The position numbers and the translations under genes were made by a program. The notes below the pieces were generated by a model. That model did no database searches. It saw nothing but the letters and a program-made list of their open reading frames with translations, and was not told the DNA's origin. DNA of 64,000 nucleotides from Spirochaetota bacterium (lineage in GTDB: Bacteria > Spirochaetota > Spirochaetia > SZUA-6), in the NCBI GenBank assembly GCA_013151965.1, contig JAADHF010000112.1:29668-93667 (forward strand). The letters are read 5' to 3'. Numbering within the stretch: position 1 is the stretch's first letter; every line of letters begins with the position of its first letter. Below, piece after piece: positions 19,492 to 29,462 of this stretch.

Positions 19492-21565
19492 AACTATCTA
19501 CCCTTTCCAGACCCGAATAGCGGGCTATAAACTTCCCGACCATACCAGTCTGAAACTTAACAAGAACATGAAGTTTGCCGTTATTATACCAGTTCCGAAG
19601 GATTATTCCAGTACCGTAATCATAGTGGTAAACAGAAGTACCAACCGGGTAATCGGATTCTTCTTCGGGAATACTTTCATTTCTTATTTTTATCAGCTCC
19701 GGCGGAATTTCCCCGATGAACTGCGAAGGCATCTGATATTCCGTCTTTCCGTACCGTCTTCTTGTTCTGCACGATGTTAAATAGAGTTTTCTTTTTGCAC
19801 GTGTAATTCCGACATAAAAAAGCCTCCGCTCTTCTTCTAACTCTTCCTCGCTCTGTGTACTTGAATAGTGAGGGAATATATCCTGTTCCAGACCTGTTAT
19901 TATTACACGCTCGAATTCCAATCCCTTTGTATTATGAAGCGTTATAAGAGTAACGGCCCCGCTCTCTCTGTAAGGGTTTTCCTTATCCGGATCAAGGGAA
20001 ACATTTTCCAAAAAACGCAGCAGCTCACCGGTTCCTGTACCATAACCGGAGGCAGCATTGACCAGTTCTTTTAAATTCTCGGCTTTAGCAATATTTAAAC
20101 CTGTATCCTTTTCTCTGTAGTAATCATAAAGACCTGTTCTTGTAATGACATCCTGCAGAATTTCAGCAGTAGAAAGGGCATCCATCCTTTTTTTAAGATA
20201 GTTAATCATCCCTAAAAAATCTTTGGCTCCCCTTAGACCTTTCCCTGACAGGTTTTTTAACCCCTTCTCTGTTTTTTTAAGCAGATCCTGCCTTTCGGAA
20301 ACGTCTGCTCCGGTGGAAATAAGAATTCTGCCCAATGTTTTTTTCCCGATACCCCTTGGAGGTTTATTAACAGCCCTTGTAAAAGCTACTTTATCGCCCG
20401 GATTTACAAGCAGGGAAAGATAAGCGACTGCATCCTTTACCTCTTCACGTTCATAAAATCTTTTAGTTCCCACAATCCTGTACGGGATATTGTGATTCAT
20501 GAAGTACTCTTCGAAGGTCCGTGACTGAAAATTCATACGGTACAGCACAGCAGTGCCGCCGTAATCTCTATCCGCAACTACACCTGCACAAAACTCAGCC
20601 TCCCTGTCCTGATCGGTCAGATAGGCAAGCTCCACAGGACTTCCTTCCCCTGAAGATGTCCAGAGTTTCTTTCCGAGCCTGCTCTGATTATTTACAACAA
20701 CAGATGAGGCTACCCGAAGGATAGTTTCTGTGGACCTGTAGTTCTGTTCCAGCCTTATTGTATCGGAACCTTTAAAATACCCGGGAAAGTTTAGAATATT
20801 ATCTATTTCCGCCCCTCTGAATCTGTATATCGACTGATCCTCATCCCCTACTACACATATATAGTTACTGCCGTCATAGAGTTGTTTAAGCAGTTCAAAT
20901 TGAGCCCGGTTGGAATCCTGATATTCATCTACTAAAATAACCCGGAACCTCTGCCTTGTTCTTATCCTGATTTCCGGATAGTTTTTAAGCATATCAACGG
21001 GGAGCATGATTAAATCACCGAAATCCACGTTACCCGACAGCCTTAAACTCTCCTGATACTTTGCATAAATATCCTTGAACTTACTGTGAACCGAAATCTC
21101 AAGTGTATTCCCGTCCGGTTTAATGCAGGAATCTTTAGCCCTGCTTATCCAGTGTGCAAATTTCTTTAATTCTTCCTTTTTTAAAGCTCCCTCTGTTACA
21201 TCGCTCAAGATTTTAAGCATATCATCGTCATCATAGATGAGAAAATTTCTATTCATCCCGGTTAAATGTGCATTGTTTCTTAAAAGCCATGAACCAAAGG
21301 AATGAAACGTTTTAATCATTACATCCCCCGATTCAGGAATCATACTGTGCACCCGCTCCTTCATCTCACCTGCTGCTTTATTCGTAAATGTCACCGCAAG
21401 GATCGATTCCGGATATATCCCGTGTTTCTCTATCAGGTAAGCTATCTTTGTTGTTATTACCCTGGTCTTCCCTGAACCGGCACCTGCAAGTATCAAAAGC
21501 GGAGAGCCGAAGTGCAGAACAGCTTTTCTCTGTGCCTCATTTAATTTATCAAACAGATCACTCAA
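19484..21565 (-). CDS. pcrA: ATP-dependent DNA helicase, UvrD/PcrA family (SF1)
   Basis: Walker A AGAGSGKT, TFTNKAAGEM and the VDEYQDSN motifs are present. Confidence 0.88.
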   Translation of the reverse strand: MSDLFDKLNEAQRKAVLHFGSPLLILAGAGSGKTRVITTKIAYLIEKHGIYPESILAVTFTNKAAGEMKERVHSMIPESGDVMIKTFHSFGSWLLRNNAHLTGMNRNFLIYDDDDMLKILSDVTEGALKKEELKKFAHWISRAKDSCIKPDGNTLEISVHSKFKDIYAKYQESLRLSGNVDFGDLIMLPVDMLKNYPEIRIRTRQRFRVILVDEYQDSNRAQFELLKQLYDGSNYICVVGDEDQSIYRFRGAEIDNILNFPGYFKGSDTIRLEQNYRSTETILRVASSVVVNNQSRLGKKLWTSSGEGSPVELAYLTDQDREAEFCAGVVADRDYGGTAVLYRMNFQSRTFEEYFMNHNIPYRIVGTKRFYEREEVKDAVAYLSLLVNPGDKVAFTRAVNKPPRGIGKKTLGRILISTGADVSERQDLLKKTEKGLKNLSGKGLRGAKDFLGMINYLKKRMDALSTAEILQDVITRTGLYDYYREKDTGLNIAKAENLKELVNAASGYGTGTGELLRFLENVSLDPDKENPYRESGAVTLITLHNTKGLEFERVIITGLEQDIFPHYSSTQSEEELEEERRLFYVGITRAKRKLYLTSCRTRRRYGKTEYQMPSQFIGEIPPELIKIRNESIPEEESDYPVGTSVYHYDYGTGIILRNWYNNGKLHVLVKFQTGMVGKFIARYSGLERVDSYD

Positions 21566-22884
21566 AGTGCCGCCTCCAGGTCGAAACCCGCACTCCCGGT
21601 AATTCTTGCATCGACAACCCGGCCCGGACTTAAATCACGCATGGTTTCCACGACAACCGCTCCGTCCACTTCGGGCGCCTGCATAAATGAACGTCCTATA
21701 TAAAGATTTTCATTCCGGATCTTTTCTTCTATAAGAATCCGCATATTCATGCCTATATACTTTTTAAGCCGCTTTTCCGTTATCGCAGTCTGGGCATTCT
21801 CTACGGCTGCTTTTCTGTTTCCGGCAGTCTTTTTCGAAACATGATGTTTCAACGAAAAAGCTCCCGTCCCTTCCTCTCTTGAATAGGTAAAAACACCAAG
21901 CCAGTCTATTTCCGCTTTTCTCTGAAATTCCAGCAGAGTATTAAAGTCATCATCCGTCTCACCCGGGAAACCAACTAAAAAGGTGGACCTGATAACGGCA
22001 TCCGGCAGAGTCATCCTGATTTTTTCTATTAATTCCAGATACTTTTCCCTGTTTCCCCGCCTTCCCATCGAGGCAAGAACCTTCCGCGATGCATGCTGAA
22101 ATGGCAGATCAAAATAGGGAATTATCCTTTCATCCGATTTAATAACGGACAGTATTCCGGCATCAAATTTATCAGGATAAAAGTAGAGAGGTCTCAGCCA
22201 GAACTCCTCTTTTAAAGAAGCTATTTCTCTAAAAAGCTTATCAAGTTCCTGTGCACCACGGTCGCTTCCGAAAGAGCCGAGGTCCTGTGCAATCAAATTT
22301 ATTTCAAAAATACCGTGAGCAAGGAGATATTTAATTTCATCGATAACGGATTCGATGCTCCTGCTCTTAAGCCTCCCGCGTATAATAGGAATGGCACAAA
22401 AAGCGCATCGATTATCACATCCCTCGGAAATCTTTACATATGCACTGCCCGGCAATGAAAGGAGATTATCCCTTCTGTAATAATCAGGTTCGTAAAAATT
22501 ACTCTCAGGGAACATCCGTACCCTCTTGCCGTCCAGAACCATTTCGGATGCTTCTACGATCCGGCTTAAAGACCTGTTGCCGAAAAAACCGTCGACCTCT
22601 TTTAAGCCCTCCGGCAGTTCGTCCTTGTACCTCTCGCTTAAGCATCCGGTTACCAGCACCTTCTTGTCTCCGTATACAGCCTTAAATCTCAGCGCAGTAT
22701 CTATGGATTCTTCTTTCGCGGGCTGAATAAAGCCGCAGGTATTTACGAGCAGAAGGTCGGCCCCCTCGGGATCATCCGATAATGTCCACCCTGCTTTAAT
22801 CAGGTTCTTAACTATTATCTCCGAATCAACCTGATTCTTCGCACATCCGAGGCTTTCGATATAGAATGTCCGTGATTTTTTCAT
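21562..22884 (-). CDS. rimO: Radical-SAM methylthiotransferase, RimO-like (MiaB/RimO family)
   Basis: The N-terminal MTTase domain has LGCAKNQVDSE, the radical-SAM CxxxCxxC motif is CDNRCAFC, and there is a C-terminal TRAM domain. Confidence 0.75.
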   Translation of the reverse strand: MKKSRTFYIESLGCAKNQVDSEIIVKNLIKAGWTLSDDPEGADLLLVNTCGFIQPAKEESIDTALRFKAVYGDKKVLVTGCLSERYKDELPEGLKEVDGFFGNRSLSRIVEASEMVLDGKRVRMFPESNFYEPDYYRRDNLLSLPGSAYVKISEGCDNRCAFCAIPIIRGRLKSRSIESVIDEIKYLLAHGIFEINLIAQDLGSFGSDRGAQELDKLFREIASLKEEFWLRPLYFYPDKFDAGILSVIKSDERIIPYFDLPFQHASRKVLASMGRRGNREKYLELIEKIRMTLPDAVIRSTFLVGFPGETDDDFNTLLEFQRKAEIDWLGVFTYSREEGTGAFSLKHHVSKKTAGNRKAAVENAQTAITEKRLKKYIGMNMRILIEEKIRNENLYIGRSFMQAPEVDGAVVVETMRDLSPGRVVDARITGSAGFDLEAAL

Positions 22885-22898
22885 GAGAGATTACTGCA

Positions 22899-23999
22899 TC
22901 AATAAACGGAAAACATCTTTAGAAGATATTTATCGCCTGTACCGTTTTTTACCCATTTTATCTGTTTTGTAACCACTTCGCCCGGTCTTCCCATCCCGAC
23001 AGACTCTCCTGCTACGGAAACCTTTAAAGACCCCGCATTAGATATCCACAGAATAACCGTATTTTTTATATCCAGGGAAAACTGCTCACCCTTGTGGAAA
23101 AAACGCTCATCCCGCTCTTTATTATCTTTTAAATACCTCAGCATACAGTAGCCGCGGAACCGAAAATCCACGGCAAAAGGTTCTATAGCGGATGATTCCA
23201 GAATAGTAACACTTGCAGCAGCAGAACTTACAGACTGTCCCGTAACGGCCGCTTGGGCGGGTTGTCCTTTTTCCGCTGAGGCAACCGGTTTAATAATCTT
23301 ATAAAGTCCGAGATTAACTCTCTGTGCATCGGTTGTTTTATCTATATCATTTAAAATAATTCTTATATCCGGTTTCGAATTAGAATCCAGGTCCAGATAA
23401 TTTTCCGAACCGACATGCAGATTAATCAATCCCTTACCGGTTTTAAGTGTTAACCCGTCGTCTATCCTGCTGATCTCTATACTGTAAACCTTTTTCCCTA
23501 ATTCATATTCTATTGTATCTCCCTTATTAAACCACCTGGTTATTGCCTCTCCCTGAAATACAAATTTACTGCCCTTTTTGCCTGCATTAAGAACCTCGGC
23601 TTTTTTAACAGTTTCCGCTTTTTCCCGGCCCGCTGAAAAATACTTATAGATGAAGTACCCTCCGGCTGCTGCGGAAACTGCAATTAAAACAATAACCGCC
23701 AGCCTGGAAATATTGCGCACTGCAGGTTTCACCTTAAGAAGTTCATCCATCGGAACCGGCTGTTCCTGGATCTTGATGTTTTTATAAAGATTAATGAGTT
23801 CACCGGGATCGAGCCCCAAATAATCGGCATAGTTTCTTAAAAAACCGATAATATAGGTTTCGCCCGGGAAAATACTAAAATCTTCATCTTCCAGAGCATG
23901 AAGATAGCGTTTGGATATATGCGTCTCCCGTGCAACCTGTTCGATATTGCATCCGTTTTTTTCGCGTTCCTGTTTCAGCAACCTGCCTATTGATTCCAT
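22899..23999 (-). CDS. RodZ-like XRE-family HTH membrane protein
   Basis: The N-terminal HTH is LLKQEREKNGCNIEQVARETHISKRYLHALE, followed by a single TM and an extracytoplasmic C-terminal domain. Confidence 0.65.
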   Translation of the reverse strand: MESIGRLLKQEREKNGCNIEQVARETHISKRYLHALEDEDFSIFPGETYIIGFLRNYADYLGLDPGELINLYKNIKIQEQPVPMDELLKVKPAVRNISRLAVIVLIAVSAAAGGYFIYKYFSAGREKAETVKKAEVLNAGKKGSKFVFQGEAITRWFNKGDTIEYELGKKVYSIEISRIDDGLTLKTGKGLINLHVGSENYLDLDSNSKPDIRIILNDIDKTTDAQRVNLGLYKIIKPVASAEKGQPAQAAVTGQSVSSAAASVTILESSAIEPFAVDFRFRGYCMLRYLKDNKERDERFFHKGEQFSLDIKNTVILWISNAGSLKVSVAGESVGMGRPGEVVTKQIKWVKNGTGDKYLLKMFSVY

Positions 24000-24005
24000 T
24001 TTAAC

Positions 24006-24731
24006 CTACTCTTGTGACTCAAACAAAAAATTATTAAAAACATTGGCATAAGCCGGTGCATCATAATCAAACCGGGAATCAGGAATATTCTGGTTTGCCT
24101 TTATATCCTGAAAATCAAAAACCAGCTCATCATACCCCATAGTCACCCCTTTGATACGCCTGATTAATCCGTTTTTCCCGATAGCCATTTCTATCTGCCG
24201 AAATCCCTCCGACACAGACCGGGATGTGAGCTTTAGTTTTACAACCAATTCTTTGGATTTTTCATCCAGAGGTACAGGATCAGGGCCGACGAGGTATGCT
24301 ATACTGTAATTCTTTCTCATGAATATCAGCCCCTGTTCGCTTGCCATCGAGGCAAGAGCCGATTCACTGTGTCTTTTTAATTTCTGAGTCATTATAACTT
24401 CGTATTTCGGTATATATATGGTAAGTTCTTTGCCGTTAGTTACAAGAACCTGATCCTTTGGTTCGGTGAAATCTATTCTTAAAAGATTGGGGATTTTATA
24501 GTAAAGTACACCTTTCATTACCGTATCACCCCGCGTAATAGTCACTTTTGCTTCATAATCCTTTACCTTGCCGTATGTTTTAGAAATTTTATCGAAATAT
24601 TTCTCCGCAGTAAGAATCTCTTCTCCGTAAGCGGACAAAACGCACAGCAACAACAGAGTGACGGTAAATGATAAGATTAATGTTTTTTTTTCCAAGGCCT
24701 TTCTTCTTAATCGAATGGTTTTACATAACAT
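24006..24731 (-). CDS. LolA-like outer-membrane lipoprotein carrier/sorting-fold protein
   Basis: It has a signal peptide, and ISKTYGKVKDYEAKVTI...LRIDFTEP matches the LolA/LppX unclosed beta-barrel pattern. Confidence 0.55.
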   Translation of the reverse strand: MLCKTIRLRRKALEKKTLILSFTVTLLLLCVLSAYGEEILTAEKYFDKISKTYGKVKDYEAKVTITRGDTVMKGVLYYKIPNLLRIDFTEPKDQVLVTNGKELTIYIPKYEVIMTQKLKRHSESALASMASEQGLIFMRKNYSIAYLVGPDPVPLDEKSKELVVKLKLTSRSVSEGFRQIEMAIGKNGLIRRIKGVTMGYDELVFDFQDIKANQNIPDSRFDYDAPAYANVFNNFLFESQE

Positions 24732-24736
24732 ACTAC

Positions 24737-27190
24737 TTAAACTGTATCCTTTGTCAAGTAACCCTTAAGGAGATAACGCAGAGAATCATCGGGGAGTTTA
24801 AGATATTCTCCGCAGTCAGGGCATGTAAAACGTTTATCCTTAATATAGCCGGATACACACTTTACACAGTATATTTTGCCGCAGATATTACACCTGCCCG
24901 CCGGAGCTTCGTCAGGCACATTACCGATAACCCTTAAAGAAGACTGCCGGGCTATATTCAACGGAACGTGCCAGCTCTGTCCGCATATCGAACATGAAAG
25001 CTCTTTCATATACCTTTTATGTATACTATCAAGCAGGGTGCGGGCCGAATGACTGGAGGAGTTCTTACCGAGAATATCCTCTGCAAGATGCAATGCCTTT
25101 TCCACATCGAGCCTCTTTAAATATAATCCCGCTAAACTGAGTTTTAAAATCTCATTATCCTTCTCTATCCTTAAACCTTCCAGGAAGGACATTTCAGCTC
25201 TCCTGTACTCCCCTTTTATCCCGGCAACCGTACCAATAAGATTATAGGCCGACGGAGAACCTGTAAGATCGAGAAGTTTAACGGCAAGCTCTTCGGCCCT
25301 GCTTATCATGTCGTTTTTTATGCAGGCGGAAGCGTAATTCTCTATATACGAAACATTATCCTTATCGATCCGCAGGGCCTTCTCATATTCGTAAACAGCG
25401 TTCTGATATTCATGCTTCCGCACAAACATATTACCCAGTTGATTATGCAGCCTCGCATTATCCGGGTTATCTTTTAAGTTTTTACGGAGCAGGGAGGCCG
25501 CATCACCGAGTTTACCCTTCTTAAAAAGAAACCCGGAATAGTTTATCAGTATATCGATCTCACCCGGAGCCGCTTCGAACGCTTTATGCAGGTATTCCTC
25601 TGCCATGTCAGGATTATCCTGTTTCAGGAAGTAGAGGCCGTAGAGGTTATTTATCCAGGGATCATCAGGATCGATTCTGTATGCTTCTTTCAGTTCATGA
25701 ACCGGATCCCTGTTAAGGAGGAATTTACTCTCTGCAAGTTTAAACCGGTACGGAGCAAAATCAGGTTCTATCTCCACTGCCTTTTCGTAGAGTTTTGCAG
25801 CCTGTTCCCGGTCTCCTCTCTTCGCATGAATCATGCCGGAAAGATAATATATCGAACTATCCCCGGTATTTTTCTTAATAAGCAGGGAAAAAATATCCTC
25901 TGCATTTTCTTCTCTGCCCTCGAAATAATGTATCTTTGCTTTTAAGCCCATTGTCGCATTATTTTTCGGATCTATACGCTGCATACGGGTAAGCACTGCA
26001 GAGAGCTCATCGTATTCCTCCCTTTTAAGAAGCAGAAGAGATGCATCTCTATACTTATCGAGCGCCTTACCGTTTTCCCGCAGCATCTCCATGCAGCGCG
26101 CCTCATTGACCATAAAGAGTGTATTTTCCGGTTCTATCTCCTCAGCCTGCTTATACGCCTTTAAGGCCTCTTCCATGTTCCCGAGTGCATACTGAGTATT
26201 GCCCAGAATATTCCGGAGCATTGCATCATCCTTAAACCTTTCGCAGATGCCCGCTATAAAATCTCTCGCTTCCGAATACCGCCTGAGCAGGTACAGAAGA
26301 TGAGCTTTTATTACCAGTGCATCGTCCATGTCCGGATCTATCTTAAGAGCACGCTCCGTTTCTTTAATTGCATCGCCGTAGAGTTTTAAACGCATTAAAA
26401 TCCGTGCATAAAGAACAAAATATTCGGGCACATCCCTTTTAGATGCAAGGACTTTTTTTACCTGCACAGCCGCAGGTTCAAGGTAGGAAAAGGTACTATC
26501 CGACATGGCAATAAACGTTTTTGCAAGATTAATCCGGAACTCCGGTTCCGCAGGGATATACTTTGCCCATCGCAAGTACATCTTTTCTACCTCAGCCGGC
26601 TTCGAATCTATCAAATAACTGTTAAGATAGAATGATGCCGGAGCCCTGTCGTTAAAATTCTGACCTGCAAATCCTATATATCCCTGATATACGGTTTCAT
26701 CTTCTATCTCCGCAACCCATTCATCATCGATATAAAACGAAAAACGAGAGCCGTCCGCTATCAGCCTTACATGATTCCCGCCGCGGGTGATAAGGGGATT
26801 TTCGGTCCATTCGATAAGACGGATGGGATTGCCGTTAAAGACAACATCGAGTCTGAACATCGCTCTATTGGAAAGCATAAAATAATAAAAATTCTCTTCA
26901 TTCATATATCTGAAAACAAAGCCTGCAGCGGAATGTCCGTTCTCCCGCCCAAAGGAAATATCCGCCTCTATAAAAAAATCTCTGTATTTATAATCTCCCT
27001 CGAGAGCCCAGGCAAACAGATTTTTCCGTTTTAATGTAAGCATAAATGAACGACGATATATTTCGGCTTTATACGAACCGGTTTCTTCGGCCGTGAACCT
27101 CTTCTGCTGGTACCACTTAAAACCTGTCTTCCATCTCTCGTAAACGACTCTGTCCGGATCTCTATGCTGCTTTCGAAACTCGAATATCAT
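24737..27190 (-). CDS. Multi-domain protein: N-terminal concanavalin/DUF1080-like jelly-roll, central TPR repeats, C-terminal double zinc ribbon
   Basis: The N-terminus GFVFRYMNEENFYYFML...NHVRLIADGSRFSFYIDDEWV resembles DUF1080. More than ten TPR-like repeats follow. The C-terminus has CSICG...CNICGKIYCVKC...CPDCG. Confidence 0.7.
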   Translation of the reverse strand: MIFEFRKQHRDPDRVVYERWKTGFKWYQQKRFTAEETGSYKAEIYRRSFMLTLKRKNLFAWALEGDYKYRDFFIEADISFGRENGHSAAGFVFRYMNEENFYYFMLSNRAMFRLDVVFNGNPIRLIEWTENPLITRGGNHVRLIADGSRFSFYIDDEWVAEIEDETVYQGYIGFAGQNFNDRAPASFYLNSYLIDSKPAEVEKMYLRWAKYIPAEPEFRINLAKTFIAMSDSTFSYLEPAAVQVKKVLASKRDVPEYFVLYARILMRLKLYGDAIKETERALKIDPDMDDALVIKAHLLYLLRRYSEARDFIAGICERFKDDAMLRNILGNTQYALGNMEEALKAYKQAEEIEPENTLFMVNEARCMEMLRENGKALDKYRDASLLLLKREEYDELSAVLTRMQRIDPKNNATMGLKAKIHYFEGREENAEDIFSLLIKKNTGDSSIYYLSGMIHAKRGDREQAAKLYEKAVEIEPDFAPYRFKLAESKFLLNRDPVHELKEAYRIDPDDPWINNLYGLYFLKQDNPDMAEEYLHKAFEAAPGEIDILINYSGFLFKKGKLGDAASLLRKNLKDNPDNARLHNQLGNMFVRKHEYQNAVYEYEKALRIDKDNVSYIENYASACIKNDMISRAEELAVKLLDLTGSPSAYNLIGTVAGIKGEYRRAEMSFLEGLRIEKDNEILKLSLAGLYLKRLDVEKALHLAEDILGKNSSSHSARTLLDSIHKRYMKELSCSICGQSWHVPLNIARQSSLRVIGNVPDEAPAGRCNICGKIYCVKCVSGYIKDKRFTCPDCGEYLKLPDDSLRYLLKGYLTKDTV

Positions 27191-27198
27191 GGCTCTTT

Positions 27199-29397
27199 CT
27201 ATTTCCGTCCGGTTATGATTTTATAACCCCCGGTAAGCCAGTTTTTTATTTCCCTTTTATAGTACCGTGAAAAGCGTCTTCCGCTTGCCCCTCCGGGAAT
27301 GACCGTATAGGCAGTATTATTACCAAAATCCGCAATAAGCCTGTATGACGGGCCGAAACTCATATCCATATTATTCGCCCTGTACATTGTACCCTGATGC
27401 ACTGTACTCCTGGATCCCCGAAGCGGATAGCGCACTGAATTAAAACCCAGGACCCTGAGTATAGTACTGCCGAAGAGAAGATGTCTCATAGTTATGCTGT
27501 TTTTTCTGCCCCAGGGTTCTTTTTTATTTCTTTTAACCCTTAAAAGGGCCTCTTTAACGGCCTGTTCCCAGTCGATGTCCTTAAAAATACCATCCTTTTT
27601 TAACCATTCTTCCTCCACCGCCTGATGGACGAGAACAAAGAAAAAAGTTTCTTCGTATATTTTTCTTCCGAGCTGTTCCGGAAAGATAATCCCGGTTCCT
27701 GTTATGAGCATAAGTTCTCTGTAAAAATCTTCGAAAAGAGATGCTTCGGTACTCTCAGGTACAAAACGGCAGTCCCATGCAAGAAGCTTATCACCGGCTT
27801 CATCACCCTTAAGATTGGGCTTTAGAAAATCAAGAACTCGTCTTACCTGATTGGAATAAACATCCATCTGAATCCTTCCCATCTTTTTATAATTTAAGGG
27901 TTTCGAACTTAAAATCATGTCTGCTATTCTATCCGCCCTGTCGGAGGAGAACGGAAGATTCTGGATTATTCCCTTCTGCTTATCATCCAGCCTGTTGTTT
28001 GCGGTAACAATAAAACCCTGTTCGGGATTGTACCGGTTCGGCAGTTTATCACGGTCCATATAACCCGCCCAGTCATAACCGGAATCCCATCCCGGTATGG
28101 GAAGGATGCCGCTTAAGCCCTTTCTCCGTTCCGGTATTATTCCGCTCATCTGAAAACCGATATTGCCTTTACTGTCAGCGAAAGTCCAGTTAAGAGTTGG
28201 TATATCTATCCCGGATGTAATACTCATTCCCTCTTTTACCGAATCCGATAAGGGGAGTTTAAGGAAATTATCAATAGTTTTGCCCAGAATACTTTCCGTA
28301 CCGCTCCACTTTCTGGCAAGATAAATACCTTCTTCGTAAGGATTTCCCTCTAAAGTGCCATGCTGATTTTCGTACACTGTAAATTCGATTTCCCTGCCTT
28401 TTTTTGTTTTAATAATCTCTTTTCGTTCGACGAAGGCATGATACTTACCGTTCCTTAAATACTTACCCTCTCTGCATTTTTCTATAAAAAAATCTTCCGT
28501 ATCAGCAGCTGTAAAAGTGATTCCCCATCCGATTTTCCCGTTAAAGCCGGCAGGAACTGCCGGTGCACCCGGAACCGTAATACCGGAAAACCATACTTCG
28601 GGAGTATCGATTATAATTTCGTACCAGATACTCGGCAGACGGGAAATCTCCAGGTGAGGATCGTTGCAGAATATCGGTTTGCCTGATTCGGTAAGGCTTC
28701 CGGAAACAGCCCAGTTGTTGCTTCCGCCGATTGAATTGTCGAAAAGCACATTTTCGGAAAGAGGGGTTTTTAGTTTTATTCCCTGAAACCATGAGTAATC
28801 GTATCCCGCAAAATAGGGATAAAAAAGCTTCCCCAGGTTATCAAAGTACTTTTTATCCTGGCAGATAACATCCGTCAGCACCTTCTCCGCTGATCCCTGA
28901 CTCTCCGCAAGGCCGACATACGCCATTATCCTCGATAATGCAAAAACATCTTTTAAATTCCATGGTTCGGGTTCCACTCCCGTAAGTTTAAATTCAAGAG
29001 GTCTGTAGCCGGTTTCCCTGAAATCCTCCACACCGGATATATATGCATTAAGCCATGTAAATGCCTTATCCGAAATATCATTAAATTCTTCTTCCGGCGA
29101 ACCTTTAAAATTAAGTGTTCTAAAATACTTATCCGCATTTATAAGATCTTCCCTGTCTCCGAAATACTCGGCAGCTCTTCCTTCCGCCAGAATCTTTACA
29201 AACCACATCTGAAACATCCTGTCGTACGCATGCATTACTCCCATGCCGTAGTATGCGTCTTCGAGATTCGAAGCCTTTATCACCGGTGTCCCGTAACCAT
29301 GCCTTGTTATGAGTATATCATTATGCGGATAAATACTGCCGCCTTCCTTTAAGGCTTTTGTTATTTTCATTTTACCGTTCTTAAATTTAAACCGCAT
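27199..29397 (-). CDS. Penicillin-acylase-family Ntn hydrolase (S45; penicillin/AHL/aculeacin acylase-like)
   Basis: The beta-subunit nucleophile motif GGSNNWAVSG...NDPHL is present. Length is 732 aa. Confidence 0.8.
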   Translation of the reverse strand: MRFKFKNGKMKITKALKEGGSIYPHNDILITRHGYGTPVIKASNLEDAYYGMGVMHAYDRMFQMWFVKILAEGRAAEYFGDREDLINADKYFRTLNFKGSPEEEFNDISDKAFTWLNAYISGVEDFRETGYRPLEFKLTGVEPEPWNLKDVFALSRIMAYVGLAESQGSAEKVLTDVICQDKKYFDNLGKLFYPYFAGYDYSWFQGIKLKTPLSENVLFDNSIGGSNNWAVSGSLTESGKPIFCNDPHLEISRLPSIWYEIIIDTPEVWFSGITVPGAPAVPAGFNGKIGWGITFTAADTEDFFIEKCREGKYLRNGKYHAFVERKEIIKTKKGREIEFTVYENQHGTLEGNPYEEGIYLARKWSGTESILGKTIDNFLKLPLSDSVKEGMSITSGIDIPTLNWTFADSKGNIGFQMSGIIPERRKGLSGILPIPGWDSGYDWAGYMDRDKLPNRYNPEQGFIVTANNRLDDKQKGIIQNLPFSSDRADRIADMILSSKPLNYKKMGRIQMDVYSNQVRRVLDFLKPNLKGDEAGDKLLAWDCRFVPESTEASLFEDFYRELMLITGTGIIFPEQLGRKIYEETFFFVLVHQAVEEEWLKKDGIFKDIDWEQAVKEALLRVKRNKKEPWGRKNSITMRHLLFGSTILRVLGFNSVRYPLRGSRSTVHQGTMYRANNMDMSFGPSYRLIADFGNNTAYTVIPGGASGRRFSRYYKREIKNWLTGGYKIITGRK

Positions 29398-29462
29398 AGA
29401 TTTCCTCTTTTTAAATTGCAGCCTATAGTACCATGCTCATAACACCGGTTAATTTCCGGCTG

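Noticed and set aside
19484-21565. UvrD/PcrA helicase considered as part of a defence system (helicase-nuclease pairs)
   Set aside because: No associated nuclease, methyltransferase or DUF partner is present. It is embedded in a housekeeping run (gatCAB, rimO) and has the full canonical PcrA length and motif set.
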